Shown here piece after piece: positions 27,536 to 37,803 of a stretch of DNA of 64,000 bases. Below the pieces are notes generated by a model. That model was not told the DNA's origin and ran no database searches. It was given only the letters and a program-made list of their open reading frames with translations. The position numbers and the translations under genes are program-made. How positions within the stretch are numbered: the first letter of the stretch is position 1; every line of letters begins with the position of its first letter. This stretch comes from Bacilli bacterium (GTDB lineage: Bacteria; Bacillota_I; Bacilli_A; RF39; UBA660): contig JAFUTX010000009.1 in NCBI GenBank assembly GCA_017484065.1, positions 23,952 through 87,951 on the forward strand, given 5' to 3'.

Positions 27536-28030
27536 CTACTCATTTTCCTCGGTTTTAACTGGAGTATTATTATTCCATACAATACTAGAGCGACCTTTAT
27601 TCTTTGCTCCCATAATTGTAAAACCATCATTATCATCTTTCTTTTCTTCTATTAAAGTAAAGTTGATATCATATGTTTTTTGAATCTTTTCACTAATCTT
27701 TTCAATAGATTGCAATGCTTTACTTTGAGCTTCTACTAAACTAATATTTTTAAAAGTTAATCTGATATAAATGATTTTTCCAGTTACACTTATTTTAACT
27801 TCACTTACATTTTCATCATTTTTAAAGAACTCTTGATATTCTTTTTTATCTTTATCAGATACTTTTACCTTCTTAGTTATTTCTAATCTATCACCATAAC
27901 TTGATTTGTTATTACCAATAAAGTATTTTGCTCCAATTCCCATAATGATAATAAAACAAACTATTAAAATGACAAATAATACAAATAAAACTCGATTATT
28001 CTTCCAAGCATTTATTATTTTATTTTTCAT
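27536..28030 (-). CDS. Membrane-anchored hypothetical protein
   Basis: 164 aa with an N-terminal TM anchor and charged soluble domain. Confidence 0.4.
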   Translation of the reverse strand: MKNKIINAWKNNRVLFVLFVILIVCFIIIMGIGAKYFIGNNKSSYGDRLEITKKVKVSDKDKKEYQEFFKNDENVSEVKISVTGKIIYIRLTFKNISLVEAQSKALQSIEKISEKIQKTYDINFTLIEEKKDDNDGFTIMGAKNKGRSSIVWNNNTPVKTEENE

Positions 28031-28126
28031 AAACTATCTCCTAACTAAACGTAAATATTATACTACATTAAATTATACTTTGCAATTTACTAAATATTAA
28101 CAACAAAGTCAGTATAGAAAACATCA

Positions 28127-28166
28127 AATAAATGTAAAAAAGATAATACCTTTATAGATATTATCT
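28127..28166 (-). terminator. Rho-independent terminator after the CotF-like gene
   Basis: AAGATAATA...TATTATCTT stem followed by T6 on the minus strand. Confidence 0.5.
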
Positions 28167-28478
28167 TTAATTTAAATCTTGAAATTCTTGATTTAATGTT
28201 TTTACTTTTTCATTTATCTTAGTAGTTCCGGCTTTTTCTAAAACATACCAACCATTTCTAAACATTAATTCAAATGTATCTCTTTGATCTTCTATTATAG
28301 TGTCAAATATTTTTTTATATTCTTTATATAATTCTTCATTAGATGCTTCAGTTAAAGCTACTGTCATATCTTTACTTAAATATTTTAAAGCTACTAATAG
28401 TTTTTCAATACAATCCTTATCATTAAGTGCTATACCAGTTGGTACTTCAACTTTTGGATTATTAACTTTATTATTCAT
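28167..28478 (-). CDS. Coat F domain (CotF-like) spore coat protein
   Basis: 103 aa. LNDKDCIEKLLVALKYLSKDMTVALTEASNEEL fits the Coat_F pattern ND.D.L.D.L...K.....Y..A..E..N..LR. Confidence 0.5.
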   Translation of the reverse strand: MNNKVNNPKVEVPTGIALNDKDCIEKLLVALKYLSKDMTVALTEASNEELYKEYKKIFDTIIEDQRDTFELMFRNGWYVLEKAGTTKINEKVKTLNQEFQDLN

Positions 28479-28716
28479 TTTGTCCCCCTTTTTCTAATAA
28501 ATCTAATACAGTATTCATATAATCATAAAAGTTATTACTGCATTTTTTCATTTGTTTTTTAATTTCATTATCATTAACTATTGTTAAATCATTTTCAACA
28601 CATTTATATGCATCATAAAACCATTTAAACATATCTGCTAGATAATCTAAATCTTTACCAGTAATTATATCTGGTACTTTTTTATAATTTTGTTCCATAT
28701 AATCAATTCCTTTCAT
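28471..28716 (-). CDS. Small hypothetical protein, co-transcribed with the CotF-like gene
   Basis: 81 aa. Overlaps the downstream gene start by 8 nt. Confidence 0.35.
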   Translation of the reverse strand: MKGIDYMEQNYKKVPDIITGKDLDYLADMFKWFYDAYKCVENDLTIVNDNEIKKQMKKCSNNFYDYMNTVLDLLEKGGQNE

Positions 28717-28798
28717 ATTTAGTATGAAAAATTTTTAATTAATTATACTAAAGCTATAAAAAAACTGAGTAATATCATATATTCTCAGTTTAATAACA

Positions 28799-31700
28799 TT
28801 ATATTTTTTCAATGTCACAAGCCACTTCATGATCATTAACATTTAACTTGTTAAAATTGTTATCACTCTTAATTATTTCAGTAGCTAATGTTTCACTAGA
28901 TACAAGTTCACCAAATTTACTAATCATTTCGTCAAATTCACTATCAGAGTTATAATGAATTTTAATTCTATCTGCTACATTGAATTCTTTTTCTTTACGC
29001 ATATTTTGAATTTTAGAAATGAATTCACGAGCTAAACCTTCTAATATTAATTCTTTAGTTCTTTCAGTATTCAATATAACAAATTTATTATTTTCTTCTG
29101 CTACATCAAATCCTTCTTTAGATTCTATACGTATATCAACCATTTCTAAATTGATATCATAATCTACTCCAGCTATATTCATTTTAATAGTTTCATTGTT
29201 TTCTAATGCTTTAATATCATCATTAGATAATTCTAATAATTTTTGTTGATATTCCTTAATATTTGGACCAAATACTTTACCAACCACTTTGAAATTAGGC
29301 TTAACATTAAAATTCATATACTTACTTAAATCATCAATAAATACTACATTTTTAACATTTAATTCTTCTTTAATTAAGTTAATAAAATCAGTTATCTTAT
29401 TTTGTAATTTTCCATCTAATAATACTTCTTTTAATGGCTCTCTTACTTTAATTTTTACTTCTTCGCGAATATTACGTCCAATACTAATTAAATCACGAAC
29501 TAAATCCATTTTTTCCTCTAACTCTTCATCAATTAATTCTACATTATATTTAGGGAAATCACTCAAATGAACTGAATCTTCTTTAGTTAATTTCTTATAC
29601 ATTTCTTCACTTAAGAAAGGCACTATAGGTGCTATCATTTGAGATAATCCAACTAATACTTCATAAGTAGTTATATATACACTCTTTTTAGAATTATCTA
29701 AAGTATTACCCCAGAAACGATTACGATTACGACGAATATACCAGTTAGATAAATCTTCACTTACAAAGTTAGTAATACTTCTTACTACTTTATTTAAATC
29801 ATATTCTTCGTAACTTTCTGTTACATATTTAAGCAATTTATTGTATTTACTTATTAACCAACGATCTATATCTTCACGCTCTTTAACTAATACATTACAC
29901 TCATTAATATCAATATTATCTGTATTAGCATATAGACTAAAGAAATTATAAGTATTTTTTAACGGATTAAAGAATTTAGAATATACTTCTTTAAGGCCAT
30001 TAATATCAAAACGTAATGGAGTCCATACAGGTGAAGCATAGAACATATACCATCTAACATTATCTGCTCCGTACTCACTTAAAGCTTTAATTGGATCAAT
30101 AATATTACCAACTGATTTACTCATCTTTTTACCATTACCATCAAGTACCATATCATTAACAACTACATTTTTAAAACTAGATTCACCACTTATAATAGTT
30201 GAAATTACTAGTAATACATAGAACCAACCTCTTGTTTGGTCAACTCCTTCTGCTATGAAATCAGCTGGAAATTGGCTCTCAAATAATTCTTTATTTTCAA
30301 ATGGATAATGGAACTCAGCATAAGGCATTGCACCACTATCAAACCATACATCTAATACATCAGTTACACGAGTTAAAGTATCTCCTGTTTTAGGTGATTT
30401 AATATGAACATTATCAATATATGGACGATGTAATTCCATGTTATAAACATCAATATCTTCAATAGCAAGTTTTTGTAATTCTTCACGTGATTCTACTACA
30501 TAGACTTCCCCAGTCTCTTCATTAGTCCATACAGGTAGAGGACATCCCCAATAACGATTTCTAGATATTCCCCAATCTACCATATTTTCAAGCCAGTTAT
30601 TAAATCTCTTTTCACCAACATAAGATGGATACCAGTTTACTTTTGAATTAGCTTCAATTATTTTATCTTTATATTCAGTTGTTTTAACATACCAAGCTGG
30701 TTTAGGATAACTAATTAATGCTGAATGACATCTCCAACAATGTGGATAATCATGAGTAATCTTTAATTTTTTAAATAGTTTATCATTCTCTTTTAACCAT
30801 TTAATAATATCAATTTCTAAGTCTTTATCAGTAACAAGTCTACCTTTCCATGGACCTTCTGTATAGCAACCATCTAATCCAACTGGGTTGATAAATCCAA
30901 TACCATTTTTTTGACATACACGGTTATCATCATCACCAAAGGCTGGAGCAATATGAACGATACCTGTACCATCACTTGCAGTTACATATTCATCAGCAAT
31001 AACTTCATGACATTTTCCTTCAACACTAACAAATGGCATTAATTGTTCATATTTTTCTCCAACTAAATCTTTACCTTTATAAGTTTCTAATACTTTATAA
31101 TCTTCTCCTAATACCTTATCAGCTAAACTTTCTGCTAAAATAAATTTATTACCAAGAGATTCAGCTTTTATATAAGTTAATTCAGGATTAACACAAATAG
31201 CTACGTTAGCAATTAAAGTCCATGGTGTTGTAGTCCATGCTAAAAAGTATACATCTTCATCTACTTTTTTTAGTGGTACTATTACTGTATTAACACTAGT
31301 TTCTTCATATCCTTGACTAACTTCATTAGCAGATAGTTCTGTACCACATCTAGGACAATACCAAAGTACTTTATTTCCATGGTATAAAAGACCCTTTTCA
31401 TAGATTTGTTTAATTAACCACCATTCAGTTTCAATATATTCATTACTACAAGTTATGTATGGATGATCTGTATCTATAAATTGCCCCATCATATCAGTTA
31501 CTTTATTAACTTCATCTATATTTTCAGCAGTAGATTTATTACATTCTTTACAAAAATTTTCTACTCCAAAATTTTCAATATCAGCTTTAGTTTTAAAGCC
31601 TAATTTTTTTTCAACATTAACTTCTATTGGAAGTCCATGAGTATCTAAGCCAATTTTGCGTAATACTCTATACCCTTGCATAGTCTTATACTTGCAAAAA

Positions 31701-31897
31701 CTATCTTTAATAGATTTAGCAAGTACATGGTGAATACCCGGTTTAGCATTAGCATAAATAGGTCCATCGTAGAATACAAAATCTTCACAATCTTTTCTAT
31801 TCTCAATTGTTTTTTCTAAAATATTCTCTTCTTTCCATCTTTTAGCAATTTCTGATTCAACTTCATTAGTATTTCTCTTATCTAGCTCTTCAAACAT
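28799..31897 (-). CDS. ileS: Isoleucyl-tRNA synthetase
   Basis: Class I HIGH-type (PGIHH at the HIGH position) and KMSKS motifs, editing domain, C-terminal Zn-binding region. True start MFEELDK at 31897 after an AGGAGG RBS. The track ORF start at 31960 runs into the T-box terminator. Confidence 0.95.
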   Translation of the reverse strand: MFEELDKRNTNEVESEIAKRWKEENILEKTIENRKDCEDFVFYDGPIYANAKPGIHHVLAKSIKDSFCKYKTMQGYRVLRKIGLDTHGLPIEVNVEKKLGFKTKADIENFGVENFCKECNKSTAENIDEVNKVTDMMGQFIDTDHPYITCSNEYIETEWWLIKQIYEKGLLYHGNKVLWYCPRCGTELSANEVSQGYEETSVNTVIVPLKKVDEDVYFLAWTTTPWTLIANVAICVNPELTYIKAESLGNKFILAESLADKVLGEDYKVLETYKGKDLVGEKYEQLMPFVSVEGKCHEVIADEYVTASDGTGIVHIAPAFGDDDNRVCQKNGIGFINPVGLDGCYTEGPWKGRLVTDKDLEIDIIKWLKENDKLFKKLKITHDYPHCWRCHSALISYPKPAWYVKTTEYKDKIIEANSKVNWYPSYVGEKRFNNWLENMVDWGISRNRYWGCPLPVWTNEETGEVYVVESREELQKLAIEDIDVYNMELHRPYIDNVHIKSPKTGDTLTRVTDVLDVWFDSGAMPYAEFHYPFENKELFESQFPADFIAEGVDQTRGWFYVLLVISTIISGESSFKNVVVNDMVLDGNGKKMSKSVGNIIDPIKALSEYGADNVRWYMFYASPVWTPLRFDINGLKEVYSKFFNPLKNTYNFFSLYANTDNIDINECNVLVKEREDIDRWLISKYNKLLKYVTESYEEYDLNKVVRSITNFVSEDLSNWYIRRNRNRFWGNTLDNSKKSVYITTYEVLVGLSQMIAPIVPFLSEEMYKKLTKEDSVHLSDFPKYNVELIDEELEEKMDLVRDLISIGRNIREEVKIKVREPLKEVLLDGKLQNKITDFINLIKEELNVKNVVFIDDLSKYMNFNVKPNFKVVGKVFGPNIKEYQQKLLELSNDDIKALENNETIKMNIAGVDYDINLEMVDIRIESKEGFDVAEENNKFVILNTERTKELILEGLAREFISKIQNMRKEKEFNVADRIKIHYNSDSEFDEMISKFGELVSSETLATEIIKSDNNFNKLNVNDHEVACDIEKI

Positions 31898-31914
31898 CTT
31901 TTTTCCTCCTTCAA

Positions 31915-32110
31915 AATAAAAAGATGATACCAAAAAGGACGAAATTATCCGTGGTACCACCTTTATTTATACTCTTTTTGTTAACGCAGTAGACCTGCGA
32001 GACTTTCTTACTAAATTTCAGAAATCCAACTCCCAAGTGATTTTCTATTAACCAATTTATCTATTTCCACCAACCATAGACTCTCTATTAAATTCAAATT
32101 AATATACTCT
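31915..32110 (-). promoter_or_regulatory. T-box riboswitch leader (Ile specifier AUC) for ileS
   Basis: Minus-strand RNA carries the T-box AAAGGUGGUACCACGG. A terminator hairpin with a UUUUUAUUUU run follows. The stem I specifier loop reads AUCA-CUUGGGAGUUGG. Confidence 0.8.
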
Positions 32111-32172
32111 TCTTGCTCATAATTTTTTAAAATTATAAACCTATTATAGTATTAAAATATGCAAAATGCAAA

Positions 32173-33579
32173 TTAAATTTCTTCAATCTTCATTAAGTTA
32201 GTATGAGCATCATTAGGGAAACCACCTACTACGGCAATTAAATCCCCCTTAGATAATCCTAATAATTCTTTAGCAGTTTCAATACCAATCTTAATAAAGT
32301 TATCTGCATCATCAGTAGCCGCAGCCACTTTAGAATAAACTCCCCATTTTAATGCTAAACATTTAGCTACTTTCTCATTTGGAGTAATAGCTACAATGTC
32401 ACAAGTTGGTCTAAGTGATGAAATATCTTCTGCAGTTTTACCTGTTGCAGTAGATACAACTATAGCTTTAATAGGTAAATCACGTGAAGCTGTAACTACA
32501 CATTTAGCTATAGTGTTATGAATTTCAGTTCCTTTTAATTTAAAGTCAACTGTTTCATATTTAGTAATTTTTTCAGTACTATTACAAATATTAGCCATAG
32601 TTTGGATAGTTTCAACTGGATGTTCACCCATAGTTGTTTCATCACTAGTCATAATAGCATCACAACCACGTAATACAGCATTAGATACATCTGTAACTTC
32701 TGCATTAGTTGGACGAATATTCTTTTTCATAGAATACATCATTTGAGTAGCCATAACTACACCTTTACCTTGTTTATGACATTCATCAATCATCATTTGT
32801 TGATATAAAGGTAAATTTTCATAACCAGTTTCAATACCTAAATCTCCACGAGCTATCATTATGTAATCTGAAGCTTCAACTATTGACGCTAAGTTATCCA
32901 TAGCATATTGAGTCTCAACCTTAGATATAATTAACATATCATCTCTACCACATTTTTTACATAAATCTCTAACAGCTTGAACATCTTCTGCAGTATTAAC
33001 AAATGAAATTGCTAAATAATCTCCATCATGTTCACAAGCATATTTAATATCTTCTTCATCTTGTTTAGAAATATATGGAACATCTAATTTAATACCTGGA
33101 ATACAAACTCCACGACGACTTGTAATAGTTCCGCTATTTTTAATTTCACAAGTTACTCCATCTGATTCAACAGAAATAACTTCTAATCTATAGAATCCAT
33201 CATCTAAAAGTACAGTAGATCCTACTTTTAAGTCTTTAACAATATTTCTGTAATTGAAAGAAATCTTTTCGGCGTCGCCTTCACTGCCTAAATCTTCTTC
33301 TACAATTCTAATTTTATTACCTGCTACTAATTCAATAACATCATTTTTAAAAGTACAAGTTCTTAAATCTGGTCCCTTAGTATCAAATAATATAGCAATA
33401 TTTGCTCCTAATTCTTCTCTTGCTCTTTTAACTAAACTTTCATCTAAAGCTCTTTCTTCCATAGTAGCATGAGAGAAATTAATACGAGCTACATTCATAC
33501 CAGCATCTACAATGCCTTTAAAGTTTTCCCAAACTTGTGTTTTTGGGCCAATACTACAAATAATTTTTGTTTTTTTCAT
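32173..33579 (-). CDS. pyk: Pyruvate kinase
   Basis: Typical PK N-terminus MKKTKIICSIGP after an AAGGAAG RBS. Conserved core. About 468 aa. Confidence 0.93.
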   Translation of the reverse strand: MKKTKIICSIGPKTQVWENFKGIVDAGMNVARINFSHATMEERALDESLVKRAREELGANIAILFDTKGPDLRTCTFKNDVIELVAGNKIRIVEEDLGSEGDAEKISFNYRNIVKDLKVGSTVLLDDGFYRLEVISVESDGVTCEIKNSGTITSRRGVCIPGIKLDVPYISKQDEEDIKYACEHDGDYLAISFVNTAEDVQAVRDLCKKCGRDDMLIISKVETQYAMDNLASIVEASDYIMIARGDLGIETGYENLPLYQQMMIDECHKQGKGVVMATQMMYSMKKNIRPTNAEVTDVSNAVLRGCDAIMTSDETTMGEHPVETIQTMANICNSTEKITKYETVDFKLKGTEIHNTIAKCVVTASRDLPIKAIVVSTATGKTAEDISSLRPTCDIVAITPNEKVAKCLALKWGVYSKVAAATDDADNFIKIGIETAKELLGLSKGDLIAVVGGFPNDAHTNLMKIEEI

Positions 33580-33595
33580 AATACACACTTCCTTC

Positions 33596-34201
33596 TTAAA
33601 TTTCTACTACTTTTGTCTTACATATTTTATCATGAAGACCTAGTCCATCTTTGCGGATTAATACTGTTAAAAGAATTATGATAACCATTATATTAGATAA
33701 TAAGCTTATTACTCCATTGGCTATTAAGAAGTTTTTACTACTAAATGTATAAACACTTATACAAGTCAATGCTACAAATATTAAATTATATAATATAACA
33801 CTTCTAATTATTGTTTTACCTAACGTTAACTTACCACTACTAGATTCCAGTTTAATATTTTGCCATTTCTTACCTAGCGTTTGACCACCTTTTTGATATT
33901 GGTATACACCTAAATAAGCAATTATAATAGCAATTTTAACTACATCATAAACTACACCATATTTAATAACATAGTAGCTATAATCAGTTAATTCGTCTAA
34001 CGATGCTTTTTCAGGATTCTTTACATATTCAGTATATGCATCCATATATTTTTCTGAATACTTTAAATATTCCTTATGGGTTGGATTAATAAAACTAATA
34101 GTAGATATAACATTAATTAAAAGAGTTATAATTATATAATCTACAATATAAGCTAATATACGCTTTTTTCTTAATGATTTCATTAATTCACTTCTTTCCA
34201 C
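33596..34201 (-). CDS. RDD-family membrane protein
   Basis: N-terminal RILAYIVDYIII segment and a 3-TM architecture typical of RDD. Confidence 0.6.
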   Translation of the reverse strand: MERSELMKSLRKKRILAYIVDYIIITLLINVISTISFINPTHKEYLKYSEKYMDAYTEYVKNPEKASLDELTDYSYYVIKYGVVYDVVKIAIIIAYLGVYQYQKGGQTLGKKWQNIKLESSSGKLTLGKTIIRSVILYNLIFVALTCISVYTFSSKNFLIANGVISLLSNIMVIIILLTVLIRKDGLGLHDKICKTKVVEI

Positions 34202-34252
34202 ATAAGTGATTATATCAAAAAACTAAACGAAAAAAAAGTAGTAATTACTACT

Positions 34253-35497
34253 TTAGTTAGGTATCCAGTTAGCAGTATAAGTTCTATTACCTGTACTACC
34301 TTGTGGTATTGTTACAGAAGTTTGTTTATCTATATATGGTTCCCAATCAGTTGCAATATCTCCTTCTTCTAGTTGAATTCTATATACTCCTTCATAACTT
34401 TTTATCATTATTCCTATATTATTTGACTCTGATAATGTGAATGTTCTTGTAACATTTTCCATATTAAATATAGGTACAGCTAATATATGATTATTATTAA
34501 AATCATAGAAATTTATTCCTCCATATTTAGAGACCAACTCACTAGATGGAATTGTAATAAAATTTAAAGATAATGTATAGTCACCTTGAGACAATCCTAC
34601 TTTACCATTATTTCTATCATAACTCCAACCACGATCATCACTACCATTAGGTGTACTACGATAAACATATCCATTTTCATCTACTTCATATCCAACATTT
34701 ACTGCACTGGTGCTTAATTCATTATAATTCAACAAGTTCTTACCACCACTCCATCCTGCAAAGGTGTATCCTTCTTTAGTTGGATTACTTATGCTAAATG
34801 TTGTATCGTTTTCATCATATTCATTTCTATTTATTTTGGTAAGTATTCCTCCATCTAAATCATACGTTATATGCCATTTAGTTGGATTACTATTTTCTGG
34901 TTCATTAACATTGTTTATTTCTATCTTACTTTCAAATGTTTTATTATTAATATCTTCATAAGGTGTATCTTCATCTATCCATAAATATAGATTATATTCT
35001 TTGGTAGTGTTTCCATCTATCTTTTCTATCTCTAATTTCTTAGCAGTATTATATCCATCTATATTTATTTCATTACTATCTGATAATTCACTTATTTGTG
35101 ATGGCCATACTATATAATCATTATCACTTATTAAAGATAATCTTAAATTGTTTGTTAATAATGTATTACTACTTTTCATATCTAATTGAATACTAACATA
35201 TTCATCTTCACTACAATTATTAGTTATTTTAAATGTGTATGGTACTTGTTCTAGGGCTTCATGATCACTTAGTTGATAAGAATTAACTAAGTTTATTGGT
35301 TTATTATCGTTAACTACTAAATCTAAACAGCTAATATTTACTTGATTGAAACCTTCTTGTTCTTCTGTAGCAGACCATAAAGCGTAACTATAACTGCTTA
35401 TAATTATTACAAGTATAGCTACTATTATTGTACTTATTATTATCTTTTTATTTTTATTATTCTTTTTTAAATAAAGATTTTTACCCCTGATTGTCAT
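34253..35497 (-). CDS. Membrane-anchored surface protein with Listeria-Bacteroides-type repeat (GYTFAGW)
   Basis: 414 aa. Signal anchor. C-terminal KEGYTFAGWSGG...RTYTANW matches the Listeria/Bacteroides repeat domain. Shares its 5' leader cassette with the two paralogs. Confidence 0.55.
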   Translation of the reverse strand: MTIRGKNLYLKKNNKNKKIIISTIIVAILVIIISSYSYALWSATEEQEGFNQVNISCLDLVVNDNKPINLVNSYQLSDHEALEQVPYTFKITNNCSEDEYVSIQLDMKSSNTLLTNNLRLSLISDNDYIVWPSQISELSDSNEINIDGYNTAKKLEIEKIDGNTTKEYNLYLWIDEDTPYEDINNKTFESKIEINNVNEPENSNPTKWHITYDLDGGILTKINRNEYDENDTTFSISNPTKEGYTFAGWSGGKNLLNYNELSTSAVNVGYEVDENGYVYRSTPNGSDDRGWSYDRNNGKVGLSQGDYTLSLNFITIPSSELVSKYGGINFYDFNNNHILAVPIFNMENVTRTFTLSESNNIGIMIKSYEGVYRIQLEEGDIATDWEPYIDKQTSVTIPQGSTGNRTYTANWIPN

Positions 35498-35727
35498 AGG
35501 TTTTCACCTACTAAAGTTTTAGAAAGGCTTATATTGTTATTACAAAGCCCCCCCCCGATTTTGATTTTTAGCCATAATTCAACAACACCTTTCATTTTTA
35601 AAATTTGTGATTTATTTTACCCACAAATTCTATTTTTATCTAAAATAATAATATCATTACTCTCAACAAAAAACAACAAAAAAAGCTATTGCAATAAATG
35701 AATAACTTTTATATAATTATATTGATA
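35498..35727 (-). promoter_or_regulatory. Conserved leader cassette B with a G9-tract uORF (35575..35540, MAKNQNRGGAL*)
   Basis: C9 at 35548-35556. GAAAGGTG RBS-like element 10 nt before the uORF ATG. About 150 nt further upstream is nearly identical to cassette A. Confidence 0.6.
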
Positions 35728-35936
35728 GAACGCAAGTTTTTCAGCGGCTATCGAAATGTTTGATATCCACCTATTAGGTGGTTTTTATTTAGTATAATAT
35801 TAGTAAAACTATTATTATAAAAAACAAGACAATTATAAATACTGGATTAATATCTTTCTTCAGTACCATCACCTGCACTTTCCATTGAATTATAAAACCC
35901 CCTGAAAAGCCGGAAAGCCGCCTAAGGCTTGCGTTC
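35728..35936. repeat. Approx 209-bp element with 9-bp terminal inverted repeats (GAACGCAAG...CTTGCGTTC), copy 1; MITE-like or structured ncRNA
   Basis: Perfect 9-bp TIR plus inner complementary GCGGCU/AGCCGC. AT-rich interior with a CCACC-tatta-GGTGG hairpin. Second copy at 36134-36341, diverged copy at 24258-24480. Confidence 0.55.
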
Positions 35937-36133
35937 TGATGCTCTATAATATATAAAAAAAATTGGAATTTCAACTGATTCGACAAAAGTTGTCAAAACT
36001 TATCAAATAACGACAAGTTTTTATGTTAAATACTAATTAACACTATTACTCATGCTTATTTTTGTTGACATTTTTTATTTAACAAAAAAAGTTATTGCAA
36101 TTAATCAATAAATTTTATATAATTATGTTGATA

Positions 36134-36341
36134 GAACGCAAGTTTTTCAGCGGCTATCCGATTTGGATATACCACCTATTAGGTGGTTTTTATTTAGTAT
36201 AATATTAGTAAAACTATTATTATAAAAAACAAGACAATTATAAATACCGGATTAATATCTTTCTTCATAACTATCACCTGCACTTTCCATTGAATTATAT
36301 AACCCCCTGAAAAGCCGGAAAGCCGCCTAAGGCTTGCGTTC
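36134..36341. repeat. Approx 208-bp inverted-repeat element, copy 2 (approx 95% identical to copy 1)
   Basis: Same TIRs and interior as 35728-35936. The flanks (approx 50 bp on each side) are also duplicated, giving an approx 320-bp direct repeat with a period of approx 406 bp. Confidence 0.55.
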
Positions 36342-36410
36342 TGATGTTCTATTATAAGTATAAAAATCTAAATTTCAACCGATTCGACAAATGTTGCCAA
36401 AACTTGTCAA

Positions 36411-37742
36411 TTATCGATGTTTATTAATTAACTCTTTTGATTTTTGATATTGATTTTCAAATCTATGACATAACTCATGATGACATAAATCATATTCAAC
36501 TTCCGGATCATTTTCATCATATATAAAATCAGCATCAATGATAACGATATCGCCTTTTTTTAATTGTTCACCACCAATATATGGTTGCAATCCTAATGAC
36601 CCATCAGATACTGGTAGATTTTTTCTCCAGTATCTTTTATTATCTTTTAATAAAATACCAACATTATCTAGTAATACATCAGTCCATATTAAACCAATAT
36701 CTCTTACCTTTTTATAAATCTCATATAAATCATTTTCATCTATTTTAGTATTCGTATCAACTCTTTCGCAAACTTCAATAAATATACTATTTAAATCGTC
36801 TATTTCTATTTTCTTACGCAATAGAGGTGCTACTATATATGGATTATTAGAAAATGTATCATTATTTCTATTAACTCCAAATTTAAAAACTTTTTCACCA
36901 ATTAATAAAGCTGTTGAAAAACTTCCATCACCAATTTGTTTGATATCTGTAATATCTATATTTTCATTGGCACATATATCTTTGATAACTAAATAAATTA
37001 TTTCAATACTGGAATTAATAGTATTTTTTTCTAATTCACTAAAAGAATGATAATCTAAACGATTTAGCAAGCATTTATTAACAAGTGCTGTTATTCTTAG
37101 TTTAGAATTAATAGTTATTTCATTATTTATAATATCTTTGTAATCTTCTCCTAATAAATCTTTTAAATAGAATAAATCTATTGTATTAGTTTGTAATATT
37201 AAATCAAGATTATCTTTAAATAAATATGTATAATCATGGGTATTTATTATAGAATTAATATATTCTAAAGTTGAATTGGTGTATTTTTTATTAGTTAGTA
37301 AAGAAATTAACATAGTTGGAATATAGTCTTTATAATTATCAAAAATTATTAAATATAAATAATTAATTACACATATATTGGTATAATTATAATTAAGATT
37401 TAATATTTTATTTAATAATTTAATACATTCTTCATTAGTAAGCTTATATACAGATATCACCTTAAGTATATTATATATACATTTTTCTAAAGAACTTGCT
37501 GGTATTTTATCTAAATTATCAATAAATACATTTAAAATATCTTTATTATTAAATAGTTTTGATATTTCATTTATCCAAGGATAACTAAATACTCCAGTTA
37601 ATTCACACATTAAAGGAATATTTTCTATTATTTGTTCATATTGATGTTCTTCTATTGCTTGTTTTAAAGCACCTGTTATAGAATAATAGTTATTATTTCC
37701 AGCTTTAATTCTAGTTCTTAATATTTCCTTTCTTAAATTCAT
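36411..37742 (-). CDS. Hypothetical protein (443 aa), possible kinase-like fold
   Basis: Intact ORF. Glycine-rich IGDGSFSTALLIGEKVFKFG and HHELCHRFEN loosely recall a kinase G-loop and catalytic loop. Confidence 0.4.
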   Translation of the reverse strand: MNLRKEILRTRIKAGNNNYYSITGALKQAIEEHQYEQIIENIPLMCELTGVFSYPWINEISKLFNNKDILNVFIDNLDKIPASSLEKCIYNILKVISVYKLTNEECIKLLNKILNLNYNYTNICVINYLYLIIFDNYKDYIPTMLISLLTNKKYTNSTLEYINSIINTHDYTYLFKDNLDLILQTNTIDLFYLKDLLGEDYKDIINNEITINSKLRITALVNKCLLNRLDYHSFSELEKNTINSSIEIIYLVIKDICANENIDITDIKQIGDGSFSTALLIGEKVFKFGVNRNNDTFSNNPYIVAPLLRKKIEIDDLNSIFIEVCERVDTNTKIDENDLYEIYKKVRDIGLIWTDVLLDNVGILLKDNKRYWRKNLPVSDGSLGLQPYIGGEQLKKGDIVIIDADFIYDENDPEVEYDLCHHELCHRFENQYQKSKELINKHR

Positions 37743-37803
37743 AAAAAAACACCCCTTCTTTATATATGGGTGTTATTATAACATAATTATTATTTATTGC
37801 AAG

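Noticed and set aside
31898-31960. N-terminal extension of ileS (MVPRIISSFLVSSFYFEGGKK) from the six-frame ORF; likewise tyrS 51853-51888
   Set aside because: The extensions overlap the T-box terminator and U-run and lack an RBS. The internal ATGs at 31897 and 51852 have AGGAGG and GGGAGG sites and give canonical synthetase N-termini.
35596-35598. Alternative upstream ATG in cassette B that is already in the coupled frame with G9
   Set aside because: It has no RBS, and the equivalent position in cassette A is GTG in a frame that hits TAG, so the feature is not conserved.
35761-35790. CCACC-tatta-GGTGG-TTTTT as a plus-strand intrinsic terminator
   Set aside because: The stem is only 5 bp, there is no plus-strand gene to terminate, and the motif is an internal part of the repeated inverted-repeat element.
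35896-35925. SRP-RNA-like GCCGGAAAGCCGCC motif inside the repeat element
   Set aside because: Only a loose resemblance to the domain IV GGAAG/AGC motif. The flanking helices do not fit an SRP RNA, and the sequence is present in multiple copies.
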